Below are positions 1-13,120 of a DNA stretch of 64,000 bases, in pieces (position 1 is the stretch's first letter; every line of letters begins with the position of its first letter). The translations under genes were made by a program, and so were the position numbers. The notes beneath the pieces were generated by a model that saw nothing but the letters and a program-made list of their open reading frames with translations, was not told the origin of the DNA and made no database searches. Origin of the DNA: Anaeramoeba ignava BMAN (taxonomy: Eukaryota > Protista > Anaeramoebae); contig JAPDFW010000033.1 of assembly GCA_028826165.1 (NCBI GenBank), positions 434,001 through 498,000 on the forward strand, given 5' to 3'.

Positions 1-813
1 GAATAACCACATGAATAAAGTTTTCTTTTTGGATTTTGATTTTCATTTTCAATCAACATTAATGAATGATAATATCCACATTGAATATCAATTATTTCAC
101 CTTTTGGAATATTTTGGATTTGTGTTAATTTTTGGATTTGTTCATATTTTCTTGATTCTCCTAATCCAAGTTGACCATCTTGATTCCATCCGCATCCAAA
201 TAATTCTTGATTTGAATTTAAAAGGAAAACATGATAAGAAGAGTTTCCTGAAAATATTTTAGAAACATTTTTCATCATTAAAATTAGGTTTTTCTGTTTG
301 CGGAAGTTTTTCAGAATCAAAACTAAGTTGACCTAATTCATTTGAACCAATTCCATAAACATTTTGATTTGAAGTTAATAAATAAATTGAAATGTATCCA
401 GAAACAATATCTTCAATTATTCTATCATTTGTATCTTCAATTAATGATGAAATATTGATAAATTCATTTGGATTATATGGATTAATAGCAACTCCTTTGG
501 CAAATACATTTCCTTCTATTGTTAAAATAGCTTCATTTCGATAACCAACAGTTACTTTTTGAATATTTTCTTCAATTTGTATTTTTTCAGGATTTTCATT
601 TAAATATTTTTCACTTAAATATTCTATTGCTTTTCCATTTTTAAAAAGGAAAATTGTTGAAAAATCTGCTGTTGAAATTTGTTTAATTTGTTTTTCATTT
701 TCATTTTCATTTTCATTTTCAAATTTAAATTGAATTGGTTTTGTTATTTTATCTGGTTCATTTTTGAAAAGTTTTGGATTTTGATTTGAACCAAAAAATA
801 TAATTTCATTCAT
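1..813 (-). CDS. RCC1-like repeat protein (3' end runs off the window; two apparent +1 frameshifts near 287 and 22)
   Basis: The ORF 813-259 carries RCC1-type motifs (IVSGYISIYLLTSNQNVYGIGSNELGQL). After a one-base shift it continues ILMMKNVSKIFSGNSSYHVFLLNSNQELFGCGWNQDGQLGLG...IIDIQCGYYHSL, which are further RCC1 blades. Confidence 0.8.
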
Positions 814-876
814 TTTTGAAAAGAAAAAAAATGAATTTTATTTTTTCATTTTTTCATTTTTTCATTTTTTCTTTTA
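814..876. promoter_or_regulatory. 63-bp bidirectional promoter with tandem TTTTTTCA(TT) initiator-like repeats
   Basis: Divergent ATGs at 813 (-) and 877 (+). Three TTTTTTCATT copies lie directly before the + strand ATG, and a minus-strand TCATTTT (plus-strand AAATGA) lies before the - strand ATG. Confidence 0.55.
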
Positions 877-2074
877 ATGAACGATCCAAGAAGAAAAGAT
901 GCTATTGAACCTTATCAATTTGAAAATTATCAAACAGAAACAACCGAAACTGTAGATACATTTGTTGAGGTTTATAAAAAAAAATTGAAATTAATTCAAA
1001 AAGAAAAAAATAATTAAAAAATTTTCAATTAGTTTTTCAATTTATTTGCACTTGGAATTAATATAGCAGCTAGTTTTACAAGAAATCCTTATTTTGCTTG
1101 GCTTGGCTTATTTATTGGACTTGCCTCATTTTTAATAAAACGTTCAACTTCTTCAGGACAACAAAATATTCCTTCATTTATGTAATTTTTTTGAAAAGAA
1201 AAAAAATCAATTTAAAATCAATTTAAAATCAATTTAAAATCAATTTAAAACCAAAATCAATTTAAAATCAATTTAAAATCAATTTAAAATCAATTTAAAA
1301 TCAAAATCAATTTAAAATCAATTTAAAATCAATTTAAAATCAATTTAAAATCAAAATCAATTTAAAATCAATTTAAAATCAATTTAAAATCAATTTAAAA
1401 CCAAAATCAATTTAAAATTAAAATCAATTTAAAATTAAAATCAATTTAAAATCAATTTAAAACCAATTTAAAATCAAAACCAATTTAAAATCAAAATCAA
1501 TTTAAAATCGAAATCAATTTAAAATCAATTTAAAATCAAATCAATTTAAAATCAAAATCAATTTAAAATCAATTTAAAATCAAAATCAATTTAAAATCAA
1601 TTTAAAATCAATTTAAAATCAATTTAAAACCAAAATCAATTTAAAATCAATTTAAAATCAATTTAAAATTAAAATCAATTTAAAACTAAAATCAATTTAA
1701 AATTAAAATCAATTTAAAATCAAAACCAATTTAAAATCAATTTAAAATCAATTTAAAATCAATTTAAAATCAATTTAAAATCAATTTAAAATCAATTTAA
1801 AATCAATTTAAAATCAATTTAAAACCAAAATCAATTTAAAATCAATTCAAAAATCAAAATCAATTTAAAATTAAAATCAATTTAAAATCAATTTAAAATC
1901 AAAACCAATTTAAAATCAAAATTAATTTAAAATCAAAATCAATTTAAAATCAAAATCAATTTAAAATCAAAATTAACTTAAAATCAAAAAACATTTTTTT
2001 TTGAATTCAAAAGATTTTCAATTTTTACTTTAGCTGTTTATTATTTTTTTGGAAGAAGAGTTCCCGTTAATTAG
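877..2074 (+). CDS. WDR83OS: Asterix / PAT complex subunit (UPF0139), 3 exons: 877-969, 1033-1181, 2014-2074
   Basis: Not in the ORF track. Manual splicing over GT-AG introns gives MNDPRRKDAIEPYQF...FFNLFALGINIAASFTRNPYFAWLGLFIGLASFLIKRSTSSGQQNIPSFIFSIFTLAVYYFF. The DPRR..Y N-terminus, AW motif, three short TM helices and ~100 aa length match Asterix. Confidence 0.82.
1205..1990. repeat. Intronic 11-bp microsatellite (AATTTAAAATC)n in Asterix intron 2
   Basis: Directly visible tandem repeat with AAAATC variants. Confidence 0.95.
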
Positions 2075-2231
2075 CATCTTTTATTTAGAAAAATATAAAA
2101 GAAAAACGAATTAAAAAAATGCTTTAAATTTTAAAAGATTAACTAAAGAAAATTTTTTTTAAAAAAATTAATCAATAAAAATGAATTCCAAAAAAAAAAA
2201 ACAATTTTTTCTTTTTCTTTTTCTTTTTCTT

Positions 2232-3381
2232 TTAGTTAGTTTTCTTATGTTCATATGGACAATCTGGATTAGAACAAGTACCATTTTGTAACCATTCCGG
2301 ACACACTAAAAAAAGTGGAATAAAAATATAAAAATATAAAAATATAAAAATATAAAAATATAAAAATATAAAAATATAAAAATATAAAATTATAAAATTA
2401 TAAAATTATAAAAATATAATTACTTTGTTTAATCTTATTTGGACGAGAATCAAAATAAAAAGAGTTTTTTTTCTTTTTTTCTAGATTTTCAATATTTGGA
2501 AAATTTTCCCATAATTTTTCAAGATCTCTACGAATTGGATTTGGATGATTAAATGGACAATTTTGGCGATTACAATTTCCACGATAAAAACAAATTCTAA
2601 GATTTGGGGGATGAAGTAAATCATGATTTGGATCTCTCCAATGGGAGTAACTGTGACACCAAAGATTATCTTTGAAATAGGAGCAGATTTGATTTTGATT
2701 TTGAAATTGATTTGGATCTTGAAATTGATTTGGATCTTGAAATTGATTTTGATTTTGAAATTGATTTGGATCTTGATATTGAAATTGATTTGGATCTTGA
2801 AATTGATTTGGATCTTGAAATTGATTTTGATATTGATATTGATTTGGATCTTGATATTGATATTGATTTGGATATTGATTTGGATATTGATTTGGATATT
2901 GATTTGGATAGTCTTGATTTGGATATTGATATGGATCATAAATAAAACTTTCTGCAATGTAATTCTCTTCATTCGGAATCTCATATTTATATGCATCCAA
3001 AATATCATTTTCTCTTTCTTCACTGTCGCTTGAGCTTATTGATGAATCCGTTTTTTTTTGATTTTCCTTAAAATCTGGAAGTCCAGATTTTGATTTAAAA
3101 AGCCTTTCTAGTTCATTTTGAATTTTCGTTTCCATTTCTTTGACTTCTGGTGCCTTTAATTCTGCAGCAATTATTGATAGTTGTTTTCTTTTCCAATTCG
3201 GAAAATAATTTTTGTGTTTTTTGCTTGAAAATGGTTTTTTTCTACAAGAACATCTCATTTCAAAAGAGTTAAATGTTAAAAGACATTCAAAACAATATTC
3301 TCTTCCACAATTATAACAAGGAATTATCATTGATGAATCAAAAAGTTTTTCACAAAATGAACATTTTTTTAAAGAGGACAT
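2232..3381 (-). CDS. Zinc-finger protein: N-terminal Cys-rich RING-like domain, Q/N/Y/P repeats, C-terminal CCCH fingers; exons 3381-2424 and 2305-2232
   Basis: N-terminus MSSLKKCSFC...PCYNC...YCFEC...RCSC; finger CFYRGNCNRQNCPFNH; the spliced last exon adds MCPEWLQNGTCSNPDCPYEH. GT-AG intron 2423-2306. Confidence 0.75.
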
Positions 3382-3662
3382 TTTATTATTATTGTTATTA
3401 TTATTATTTAAATTTTTTTTTAAAAAGAATAAAAAAAAGGAAAAAAATGAAAATGAAAAAATTAAAAATGAAAAAATTATTTGAAGGAAAGAACATCCAT
3501 TTAAATGGAGAAAAGAAACCACAAACAAAAAAAAAACAAAAGTAAAAAGTAAAAAGTAAAAAGTAAAAAGTAAAAAAAAATTTTGTTTGTCACTCGGTAA
3601 AAAAAAAAGAAAAGAAAAAATTCAAAAGAGCAAATCCAAAGAAGAAAAGAAAGAAAGGAAGT

Positions 3663-6600
3663 TTAGAGATAATCACCAGAAGTTAAATCAATAGGTTTTC
3701 CTAAACCTTGGAGAACTTCTTCGAGATTTGTAGCGAGTTCTGAACGACGATCTTCATCTGTAACGATTGTATCTAAAGCACGCACAATATCGTGATGGTT
3801 GATAGCAAGGTATTCATGGATGATTGCAAGAGAGATTGGATAAACATCTTTTGGAAGTGGGGATGGATTAATCATATCTTCGTCTTCGTTTTCGGTTACA
3901 AGTGAGATTTTATCTAAGTATTCGCTCATTGGTTCAAGATTTGTTTCAATGAAATCATTCAAAACAATCATATATTCTTCTTTTACTCCGAAAAGTGCTC
4001 CATTTGCGAGATTTTGAAGTACTTTAGCAATTAAAACAAGCATACGAACCATTTCGTCTGTTAATTCTTCTTCATCCATAATTCCGAACTTTGATATTAA
4101 TTTTAATTGAATTTTAATTGAATTTTAATTTTTATTATTTTAATTTTAATTTGAATTTTATAAATGAATTTTAATTGAATTTTAATTTTTAATTTTAATT
4201 GAATTTTAATTTTAATTTTAATTGAATTTTAATTTTTACTTGATCACAAGCAGTGAATGCAGGAGAGAAATATCTCAAAATCATTAAACCTCCAAGAGAT
4301 TGATGAACATTATCAGGGAATTTCTGTTCAACAAGTGTTCTTGTGTATGAAAGAACAAGTCTGAATTGAATAGGAATATCATCAGCAGCTCTGCGAATAG
4401 CATCGAAAATCATTTGGGCAGCACTCATAAGACGATATTTGTTGACAGAGATATCGATTTGTGGGGAATTGTCTTTATCCTCATCGTCTTCATCGCCACC
4501 AATTTTGCTGGAATCGATCTGTAACTTGTTGAGATCCTGTTTCTTCATGAGTTGATAAATAGGATAACTGATGGTATCGTGGAGATATTGAACACCAAAT
4601 GCAAGATGGCAATAGCCTGACCAGAGCTTGCTGGCCACATTTGTTCCACGGAAAAGCAGATCGGAATCTGTGCATGAGTCAACCTCGAGCTTGATGAAAT
4701 ACTTGAGAAGTTTAACTGCCTCGCCGCTTGCTTCGAAGACATACAAAATGGCTCGATGGATAGGAGACACGGTCTTAGTCTCTGTATCTGTGAAGATGGC
4801 TTGAACAAGATCCAAGTTCTCAAGAAGAAGCTCCTCAAGATCCAGATAAGCTCGTTGCATTGAACGTGATTTGGCGCGTTTGCGGTCGCTGTCGGAAAGG
4901 AAGAAGTCTTTGCCGAATAACGTTTCGATACTAAACACAGGTAACGATAAGATTTGCTTCCAACGATCTCGACGGTTGTGTCTTCGCACAAGAATAAAGA
5001 TGAGAAGAGCAATTGCGCCTGCTGCTATAGCTGCTCCAATGGTTGCTCCAGCTACAACTCCTGCTTTCACTTCGTGAGCTGCTGTGTCTCGTGTGCTGCA
5101 ATCGTCGCCAGAGTAGTTGTCATCACACTTGCATGTTCCTGTATTCATATCGCACGTACCGTGGTTGCAATCCTTATATGTGCACCAATTTGTCTCGCAG
5201 TAAGGAAGATAGTAGCCTTGGTTGCATACGCATGTACAATCCATAAATGCTTGTCCGTTGTCATTACATCCAGGGAAAGTACCATTGCAGACATCAATTT
5301 CGCAATAGTATCCATCGTACGGCACCTCGCAATCGCAGTAGCCCTGTACACATGTTCCATGGTCTCCGCAGTCGAGATAATTGCATTTATCATCCTGGCA
5401 GTATGTTCCGTTGTTAGCAGGATTGCAGTTACAATGACTAGGTTCAAAAAGACATGTGCCATTTCCAGAGCAATTCTGAAGGTCATCGATACAGATATCA
5501 ATCTCGCAATCCCATCCATCATAACCTGGATCACACTCACAAAGATTTGTTTGATTGTTACATGTCCCATGGAAAGAGCAATTAACTGGATATCCACCTT
5601 CTATACATGCAGGTTCAGTGCAATTTGGTGGTGCCCATCCTTCTTGGCAAGTACATACCGCCTCTACGGGATCGCAAGTACCATGTCCACCGCAGGTATC
5701 TGACGGATAGCCTGGACAATATTCCAAGAACTGGAAAGAATATCCAGTATCTTTTCTTATGTCTAAATTCTTGTGAAATTGTATTTGTAATTGTACAGTA
5801 GTGTTCGGATTCGGTATAGTTGGCCAGCATTGAATCATTGATGTACTCAATATCCGTGCTTCCGTAGAATTACTTCCAAAGTAGCATTTCCATAATATTG
5901 CGTAAGTTGATGTTGTTCCACCATAATTTCCATTGAGAAGAACAGTGTCTGCTAGAAAAGTAATATTAACTTTTGTGTATACAGTTCCTATAAGTGGTGT
6001 AGCAGACAAAACTTGTGAGCTATAAGAAAATTGAATTGAAGTCAAGATTGATGTAATTCTAAAAATTAAAAATAAAAATAAAAATTAAAATTAAAAATAA
6101 AAATTAAAATTAATTAAAATTAAAATTAAAATTAAAATTAAAAAATTAAAATTAAAATTAAAATTAAAATTAAAATTAAAATTAAAAATTAAAATTAAAT
6201 GAAAATAAAAATTTAAATTAAAATTAAAATTAAAATAAAAATTAAAATAAAAATAAAAATTAAAATTAAAATTTAAATTTAAATTAAAATTAAAATTAAA
6301 ATTTAAAATAAAATTTAAATTAAAATTAAAATTAAAAATAAAAATTAAAATTAAAATTAAAAATTAAAATTAAAATAAAAATAAAAATAAAAATTAAAAT
6401 TAAAATTAAAATTAAAATTAAATGAAAAACTTACTTAAGATAAAAATTTCCAGTCGTAGAATCATAATATTTAAAAGCTCCCCTCCATCCAAAATAATCA
6501 TGATTTATATCTTGTGGATAATAAGTGTTAGTTGTCAATTCAGATGCAGTAAAAAACTTAAAAAAAGTAAGTTCATAAAAGGAGTCTGATGTACTCAAAA

Positions 6601-7081
6601 AGGTCTTAGTGGTATCAATATTTTGGAGGCCTGTAGAAGTAGGGAATAAAAGATTCCAATTTACAAACCAGTCTTGATTTGGTTGCAAATTAGATGTTCC
6701 GAAATCAAAACTAAAATTCATTCCCGTCATTGTGATACACTGAGTTTTAGTAGGAAAATTTGCACCATTTGTAGGTAAATCAAAATTAAACTGAAAAAAT
6801 TTGAGATAACGAGTACAAACGAATCCATTAATTTCAAGATTGTAAGGAGCACCACAACCGCCTTGTGCATCTGAATAAGCATACGTAGATCCTGTAGCAA
6901 GTCCTGTTTCATTGCACCAAATACTTGAGTTGGTTCCACTTGGTAAAGGATCAACTGAAGCTGTGTATACAGACTGTGGGCGAGTATAGGATGTATTCCA
7001 AACTGCATCAAAAGTAAGTCCTGCGTGCGTTAATTTTACCAAAACTACAATTATTGTTATGAAAATAATTATTTGTTTCAT
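3663..7081 (-). CDS. Type I membrane protein: signal peptide, IPT/TIG-like domain, ~6 EGF-like repeats, TM helix, cytoplasmic RasGAP domain; exons 7081-6435, 6058-4240, 4088-3663
   Basis: Signal peptide MKQIIIFITIIVVLVKLTHA. Repeats of C-x-x-HG-x-C...C-x-C-x-x-G-Y/W-x-G-x-x-C. TM segment VVAGATIGAAIAAGAIALLIFILVRR. RasGAP motifs LFRGTNVASKL, MILRYFSPA and RMLVLIAKVLQNLANG. Both introns splice in frame. Confidence 0.88.
6061..6425. repeat. Intronic (AAAATT)n microsatellite
   Basis: Directly visible. Confidence 0.95.
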
Positions 7082-7709
7082 TGTATCGGAAACAAAATGA
7101 AAAAAAAAATTTTTAAAAAAAAAAAAAAAATGATTTTTGTTTTTGTTTTTGTTTTTATAAAAAAATTTTTTTTTTGTTTTTGTTTTTTTTTTTTTTTGAT
7201 CGTTTTGTTTTTGTGGGCAAGTTAATGTCATTACTACCATCTTAAAAATTTCTTTTTTTTCAATTATTTTAATTCCCAAAACTCATTTTATTCATTTTAT
7301 TTATTTTATTTTATTTTATTTTATTTTATTTTTTTTCATTTATTCTTTTTTAACGATTTTATAAATAAAAAAAAATTAAAATAAAAAAAAAATAAATAAA
7401 AAGGAGAAAAAAAGAAGAAAAAGAATTTCGAAAAATTTATTTTATTTTATTAATTTAAATAAACAAACAAACTTCTTTTTTTTTCCTTTTTTTTTAATTA
7501 AATTGTTATTGATCCCATTTAAAATACCCCTAATTATTAAACTAATTCTTTTCTAATTCTTTTATTTATAATAACTTATTAAATCTTAATCAAAATATTT
7601 ATTTAATCAATTTAAAAAAAAATTCACAATTCCAATTCTTTTTATTCTTTTCTAAAATGATCTTAATTAAAAAAAGAATTGAGAAAAATTTTTTTTTAAA
7701 TTTTAACAT

Positions 7710-8560
7710 AGATCAAAAATATCAAATTAAAAATATTAAAATAAATTGATTTATTAATTATTTATTTATTAAAATTATTAAATTTAAGTTAATAAAATAA
7801 TTAAATTAAAAATTGGATTAAAAATTGGATTATTTACCATTTTCTTATTTATTTATTAAATATTTAATCAAAAATATCAAATTAAAAATATTAAAATAAA
7901 TTGATTTATTAATTATTTGTTTATTAAAATTATTAAATTTAAGTTAATAAAATTATTAAATTAAAAATTGGATTAAAAATTGGATTATTTACCATTTTCT
8001 TATTTATTTATTTAATATTTAATATTTAATCAAAAATATCAAATTAAAAATATTAGAAATTAAATTGATTTATTAATTATTTGTTTATTAAAATTATTAA
8101 ATTTAAGTTAATAAAATAATTAAATTAAAAATTGGATTAAAAATTGAATTATTTACCATTTTTCTTATTTATTTATTAAAATTATTAAATATTTAATCAA
8201 AAATATCAAATTAAAAATATTAAATTAAATTGATTTATTAATTATTTATTTTATTAAAAATTAAATATTTAAATCAAAAAATATCAAATTAAAAATATTA
8301 AAATAAATTGATTTATTTATTTTTATTTATTTATTTAAAATTAAAAATATCAAAGTTAAAAATAAAAAATTAAATTAAATTATTTATTTTTAAAATTTAA
8401 ATTAAAATTATTAACCATTTTCTTATTTATTTATTTATTTATTAAAATTATTAAATATTTAATCAAAAATATCAAATTAAAAATATTAAAATAAATTGAT
8501 TTATTATTTATTTGTTTATTAAAAATTATTAAATTTAAGTTAATATTTTAATATTAAATA
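7710..8560. repeat. Intergenic tandem minisatellite, ~155-167 bp unit, about 5 degenerate copies
   Basis: The unit beginning ATCAAAAATATCAAATTAAAAATATT recurs at about 7712, 7867, 8029, 8196, 8273 and 8462. It contains AAAATTGGATT x2 and TTACCATTTTCTT. Confidence 0.85.
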
Positions 8561-8932
8561 TTTTTCAAATCAAAAATTTTTAAAAATATTTTTGATTTAT
8601 TTATTTTATTTTTAAAATTATTAAATTTGTTTTATTTTTATTTTTTGATTTTTATTTTTTTTTTTGTTGTTTTGATAATTTTTCTTCTTTTTAAAAAAAA
8701 ATTTTTCTCCTTTTTATTTTTGAATAAATAAAAAAAAAATTAAAAATTAAATTTTTTTTTTTCATTTTTTATCTGTTTGTATTTTTTTTTTCCTTTTTTT
8801 TCCTTTACATTTCAAATTATTTATTAATTAAAATTTTTTACAAACTTCATTTCAAACAACAAATCAAACAAAACACTTTATTTATAAAAAAAATACACAA
8901 AAAAACTTTTTTTTTTAGATTTTTTCTTTTGC

Positions 8933-11900
8933 ATGAATAGAAACTATGGAAACTATCAAAACAAGATTCGGAACAATCAATCTCGTTTCGGATCACACAA
9001 AACAAACACATACTACAAACCTCAATTCAAATATGTTCGTAAACAAAATACAAATAAACCCGAAACGAAAAACGAAGATTCAAATAATGAAAAATTTCCA
9101 ACAAAAAAGACTCATTTTTGGTCAAGAAATTCTCAACAAAAATCCAATGAATCAAAAAATGATTCAGATTTAAAAAATGATTCAGATTTAAAAAATAATT
9201 CAGATTTAAAAAATGATTCAGATTTAAAAAATGATTCAGATTCAAAAAATAATTCAGATTTAAAAAATGATTCAGATTTAAAAAATGATTCAAATTTAAA
9301 AAATAATTCAGATTTAAAAAATGATTCAGATTTAAAAAATGATTCAAATTTAAAAAATAATTCAGATTTAAAAAATGATTCAGATTTAAAAAATGATTCA
9401 GATGAATATAGTTGGGGTGATAGTAATAGTGATAGTGATAATGATAATGATAGCGATAATGATAGTGATAATGATAATGACAATGATAACTCACCTCAAT
9501 ATAAATACCAAGAAAAATTCGATTCCAAATCAAACCAAAAGAAATTATCCAGCAATACAACAAAATCAACCCATTTAAAAACGGATGAAAACATTTCAAC
9601 TCAAAATAATAATAATACCACTGATGATCATTTTCAAAGCCAAGATTCAAGAAACAGAAACTTTTCCAAGCCATTCAACAGACAAAATAATTATTACTAT
9701 CAACAAAACTCGAGAAATTATCATTATTCTCATTACAATAGACAAAATCAAGGATATTGGAATCAACACACAAATTTCCATTCCGATCAAAGGGAAAATC
9801 CCAATCAGGAACATTATTACGATCATGAAGGCCCACCGAATAACAACCCAAGAACATGGAAAACAACTAATTCAAGATTTATTCACACACAAAAGCCCTG
9901 GCAACAAGCAAATAAACAACATGATTCGCAAGATCAAAAACAAGATGCAATGCAAGATGACAAAGAATATAATCAACAAAATGAAAACTCAAAATATGAT
10001 TATCGATATAATAAACAATATGATAAAGGATACAACAGAAACTATAACTATAGATATAATAAACCATACAATGAAGGATATAACAAAAGGTACAATAATA
10101 GATATAACAATAGACAGTACAATAATAGGTATGCCAATCCAAATGATAACTGGCGTGCTCGAGGAGATGACGAAGATGAGAATCAATATTACAAGGATCC
10201 CAATCAACAAGAAGTCGACAATGAAATACCAAATGATCAAGAAAGTCAAGAAGATAATATTGAAAATCCAAATTCAAATCCAAATCCAAATCCAAATCCA
10301 AATCCAAATTATCAATATCATTCCGATTCACGATCATATCCAAATTCAAGATCATATCCAAATTCCAAATCATATTCCAAATCATATTCCAAATCATATT
10401 CGAATTCAAGATCAAGATCTCCATCAAGATCCCCATCAAGATCTCCATCAAGATCACCAATTCATTCACCAAATCGAATAACAGAACAAAAAACAAGAAA
10501 TTCACATAATTTCTTCCCTTCATTCAACCGGAATCAAAATACATTTTCAACAAAATTCGGACCCACAATATCCGATATTGATGATAATTGGCGTGACAAA
10601 GGAGAGAAGCACAAACAAAAACTTAAAGCGCTTACTCGAGAAAGTCAAATCCATCAAGATCCAAAATTTCGAAATGATAAAGCATTCTCATATTTCACAC
10701 AAAATGAAACATTTTTTCAGGCGCATATCGACAAGAGCCAACCCAGAAAGCCCAAGGAGCCTGAGAACACTTCCAGTTCTCCTCAAAATTCGGCCAATAA
10801 AAATCGTAATTTGGCCATTTATGAGAATGCACAAGTTGAAATTAGTGGAGAAAACTTAATAAATCCAATAGAATCATTTGATGATTTGGATATCGGCGAA
10901 ATTGTTTATAACAATATAATCTCTGTGGGATATGAGCATCCAACACCTGTGCAGAAATATGCGTTCCCAATAATCATAGGGAAGAGAGATTTAATGGCTT
11001 GTGCACAAACAGGATCAGGAAAAACTGCAGCTTTTTTGTGTCCTATTATTTCACAAATATTATTTAATGGGATTACTGATCCTCGTTCTTGTAAAGATGA
11101 AATTCCTCAAGCTCGTCCATTATGTTTAGTTTTAGCGCCTACTCGTGAGCTTGCTGTTCAAACTTATCAAGAGAGTTTAAATGTAAAATAATTAAATTCA
11201 ATTTAATAATTAAAATAAAAATAATTTAAATATTCAATTTAATAATTAAAATAAAAATAATTAAAATATTCAATTTAATTAAATTCAATTTAAATTAAAA
11301 TATTCAAAATATTCAATTTAAATTAAAATAAATTCAAAATATTCAAAATATTCAATTTAATTTAAATTAAAATATTTAATTAAATTCAAAATATTCAAAT
11401 TAAAATATTCAATTTAATTTAAATTCAAAATATTCAAATTAATTAAAATATTTAATTAAATTCAAAATAGTTCTCTCAAAATTCCCCTCTAATCAGTGCA
11501 GTTGCATATGGAGGCACACCAATACAATCACAAATTTACGAAATCCAAAAAGGTGTACACATACTCGCAGCAACACCTGGTCGACTAATCGATCTGATGA
11601 GAAGAAATGCAGTTTCACTCCGGGATATCAAATATCTGGTACTCGACGAAGCAGATCGGATGCTTGACATGGGATTTGAACCCCAAATTCGCCAAATAAT
11701 AGATTCTTCTGATATTCCCAAAAAAACGCGACAAACTTTAATGTTCAGTGCAACATTTCCACAATCGATCCAAAAACTCGCAGCAGATTTTCTTCAATCA
11801 TATTTATTTCTTGCAGTGGGTCGCGTTGGAACAACAACAGATCTTGTTGTGCAAACAATATTATTTACCAAAACCCACGACGAAAAACTACAGGAATTAA

Positions 11901-12461
11901 CACGCTTACTTCGCGAAGTGTACGGATTAACCTTAATTTTTGTTGAGCGCAAACGCGACGCCGACAGTTTGGAACGATATCTTCAAGAAAACAATTTTGA
12001 TGCAACATCTATTCATGGCGATCGCCACCAAAACGAGCGCGAAGAAGCACTTTCCAGTTTCCGCACTTATCAAACACCCCATTCTTGTCGCCACAGACGT
12101 TGCGGCTCGCGGTCTCGACATCGTTAATGTGGCGCATGTTATCAACTACAAAATGCCAACAGATATCACAGACTATGTCCATCGCATCGGTCGTACTGGC
12201 CGCGCTGGAATGTCTGGTCTCGCTACTTCGTTTATAGAGCCTGATATCAATCCACATGTTGCTCGTAATCTTTTTAATATTCTTCTTGAAAAAGACCAAA
12301 AAATTCCTAATTGGTTCCGTGAAATGATCGCTAGTTATGCACCTAAAAAAACTCCCAAATCTTCAAAGTTTTTTGGTCCAAGAGATTATCGTCCTCATGC
12401 TCAATTTAGAAGATCTACTTTTAAATACAAATCTCCAATAATTAAAACTAAATTTAAATAA
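8933..12461 (+). CDS. DED1: DEAD-box RNA helicase Ded1/DDX3 family; intron 11183-11470; +1 frameshift near 12078
   Basis: Motifs [94 protein letters not shown]. Long N/Q/Y/RS-rich N-terminal low-complexity region. Confidence 0.92.
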
Positions 12462-12544
12462 TGAGTTATTTTCTCAATTCAACAGAAATTTAAAGAACTA
12501 TTATTTCTCGTCTTTATTCTATTTTCAGACAAATTAAAATTCAT

Positions 12545-12905
12545 TTTAAAATTAAAATTAAAAATTAAAATTAAAATTAAATTTAAAATAAAATTAAAAT
12601 TAAAATTAAAATTAAAAATTAAAATTAAAATTAAAATTAAAATCAAATTAAAATTAAAAATTAAAATTAAAATTCAAATTAAAATCAAAATTAAAATTTA
12701 AATTAAAATTAAAATTAAAATTAAAATTAAAATTTAAAATTAAAATTAAAATTAAATTAAAATTAAAATAAAAATTAAAATTTAAATTAAAATTAAAAAT
12801 TAAAATTAAAATTAAAATTAAAATTAAATTAAAATTAAAATTAAAATTAAAATTAAAATTAAAATTAAAATTAAAATTAAAATTAAAATTAAAATTAAAA
12901 TTCAA
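12545..12905. repeat. Intergenic (AAAATT)n microsatellite between convergent genes
   Basis: Directly visible. Confidence 0.95.
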
Positions 12906-13120
12906 ATTTCATTCAAACTTTTGCTCAAACAAAGAGAAAGAAAAAGAGAAAGAAACAAAGAAACAGAAACATTTTTTTTCTTTTCTTCTTTTTCTTTTCA
13001 AAAGTCTGTTCATTTGAATAAAGCAAAACTCCTTATCTTCCAATAAAAATAATCAACGTTTTAAAAACTAATTTTTGAAAAAGAAAAATCAATTTTAAAT
13101 TCTTTCTTCTTTCTTTCTTT

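Noticed and set aside
4490-5830. Overlapping and antisense ORFs over the EGF/RasGAP exon, and similar ones over AsnRS and ODC
   Set aside because: They are expected by-products of locally higher GC and contain no recognisable motifs.
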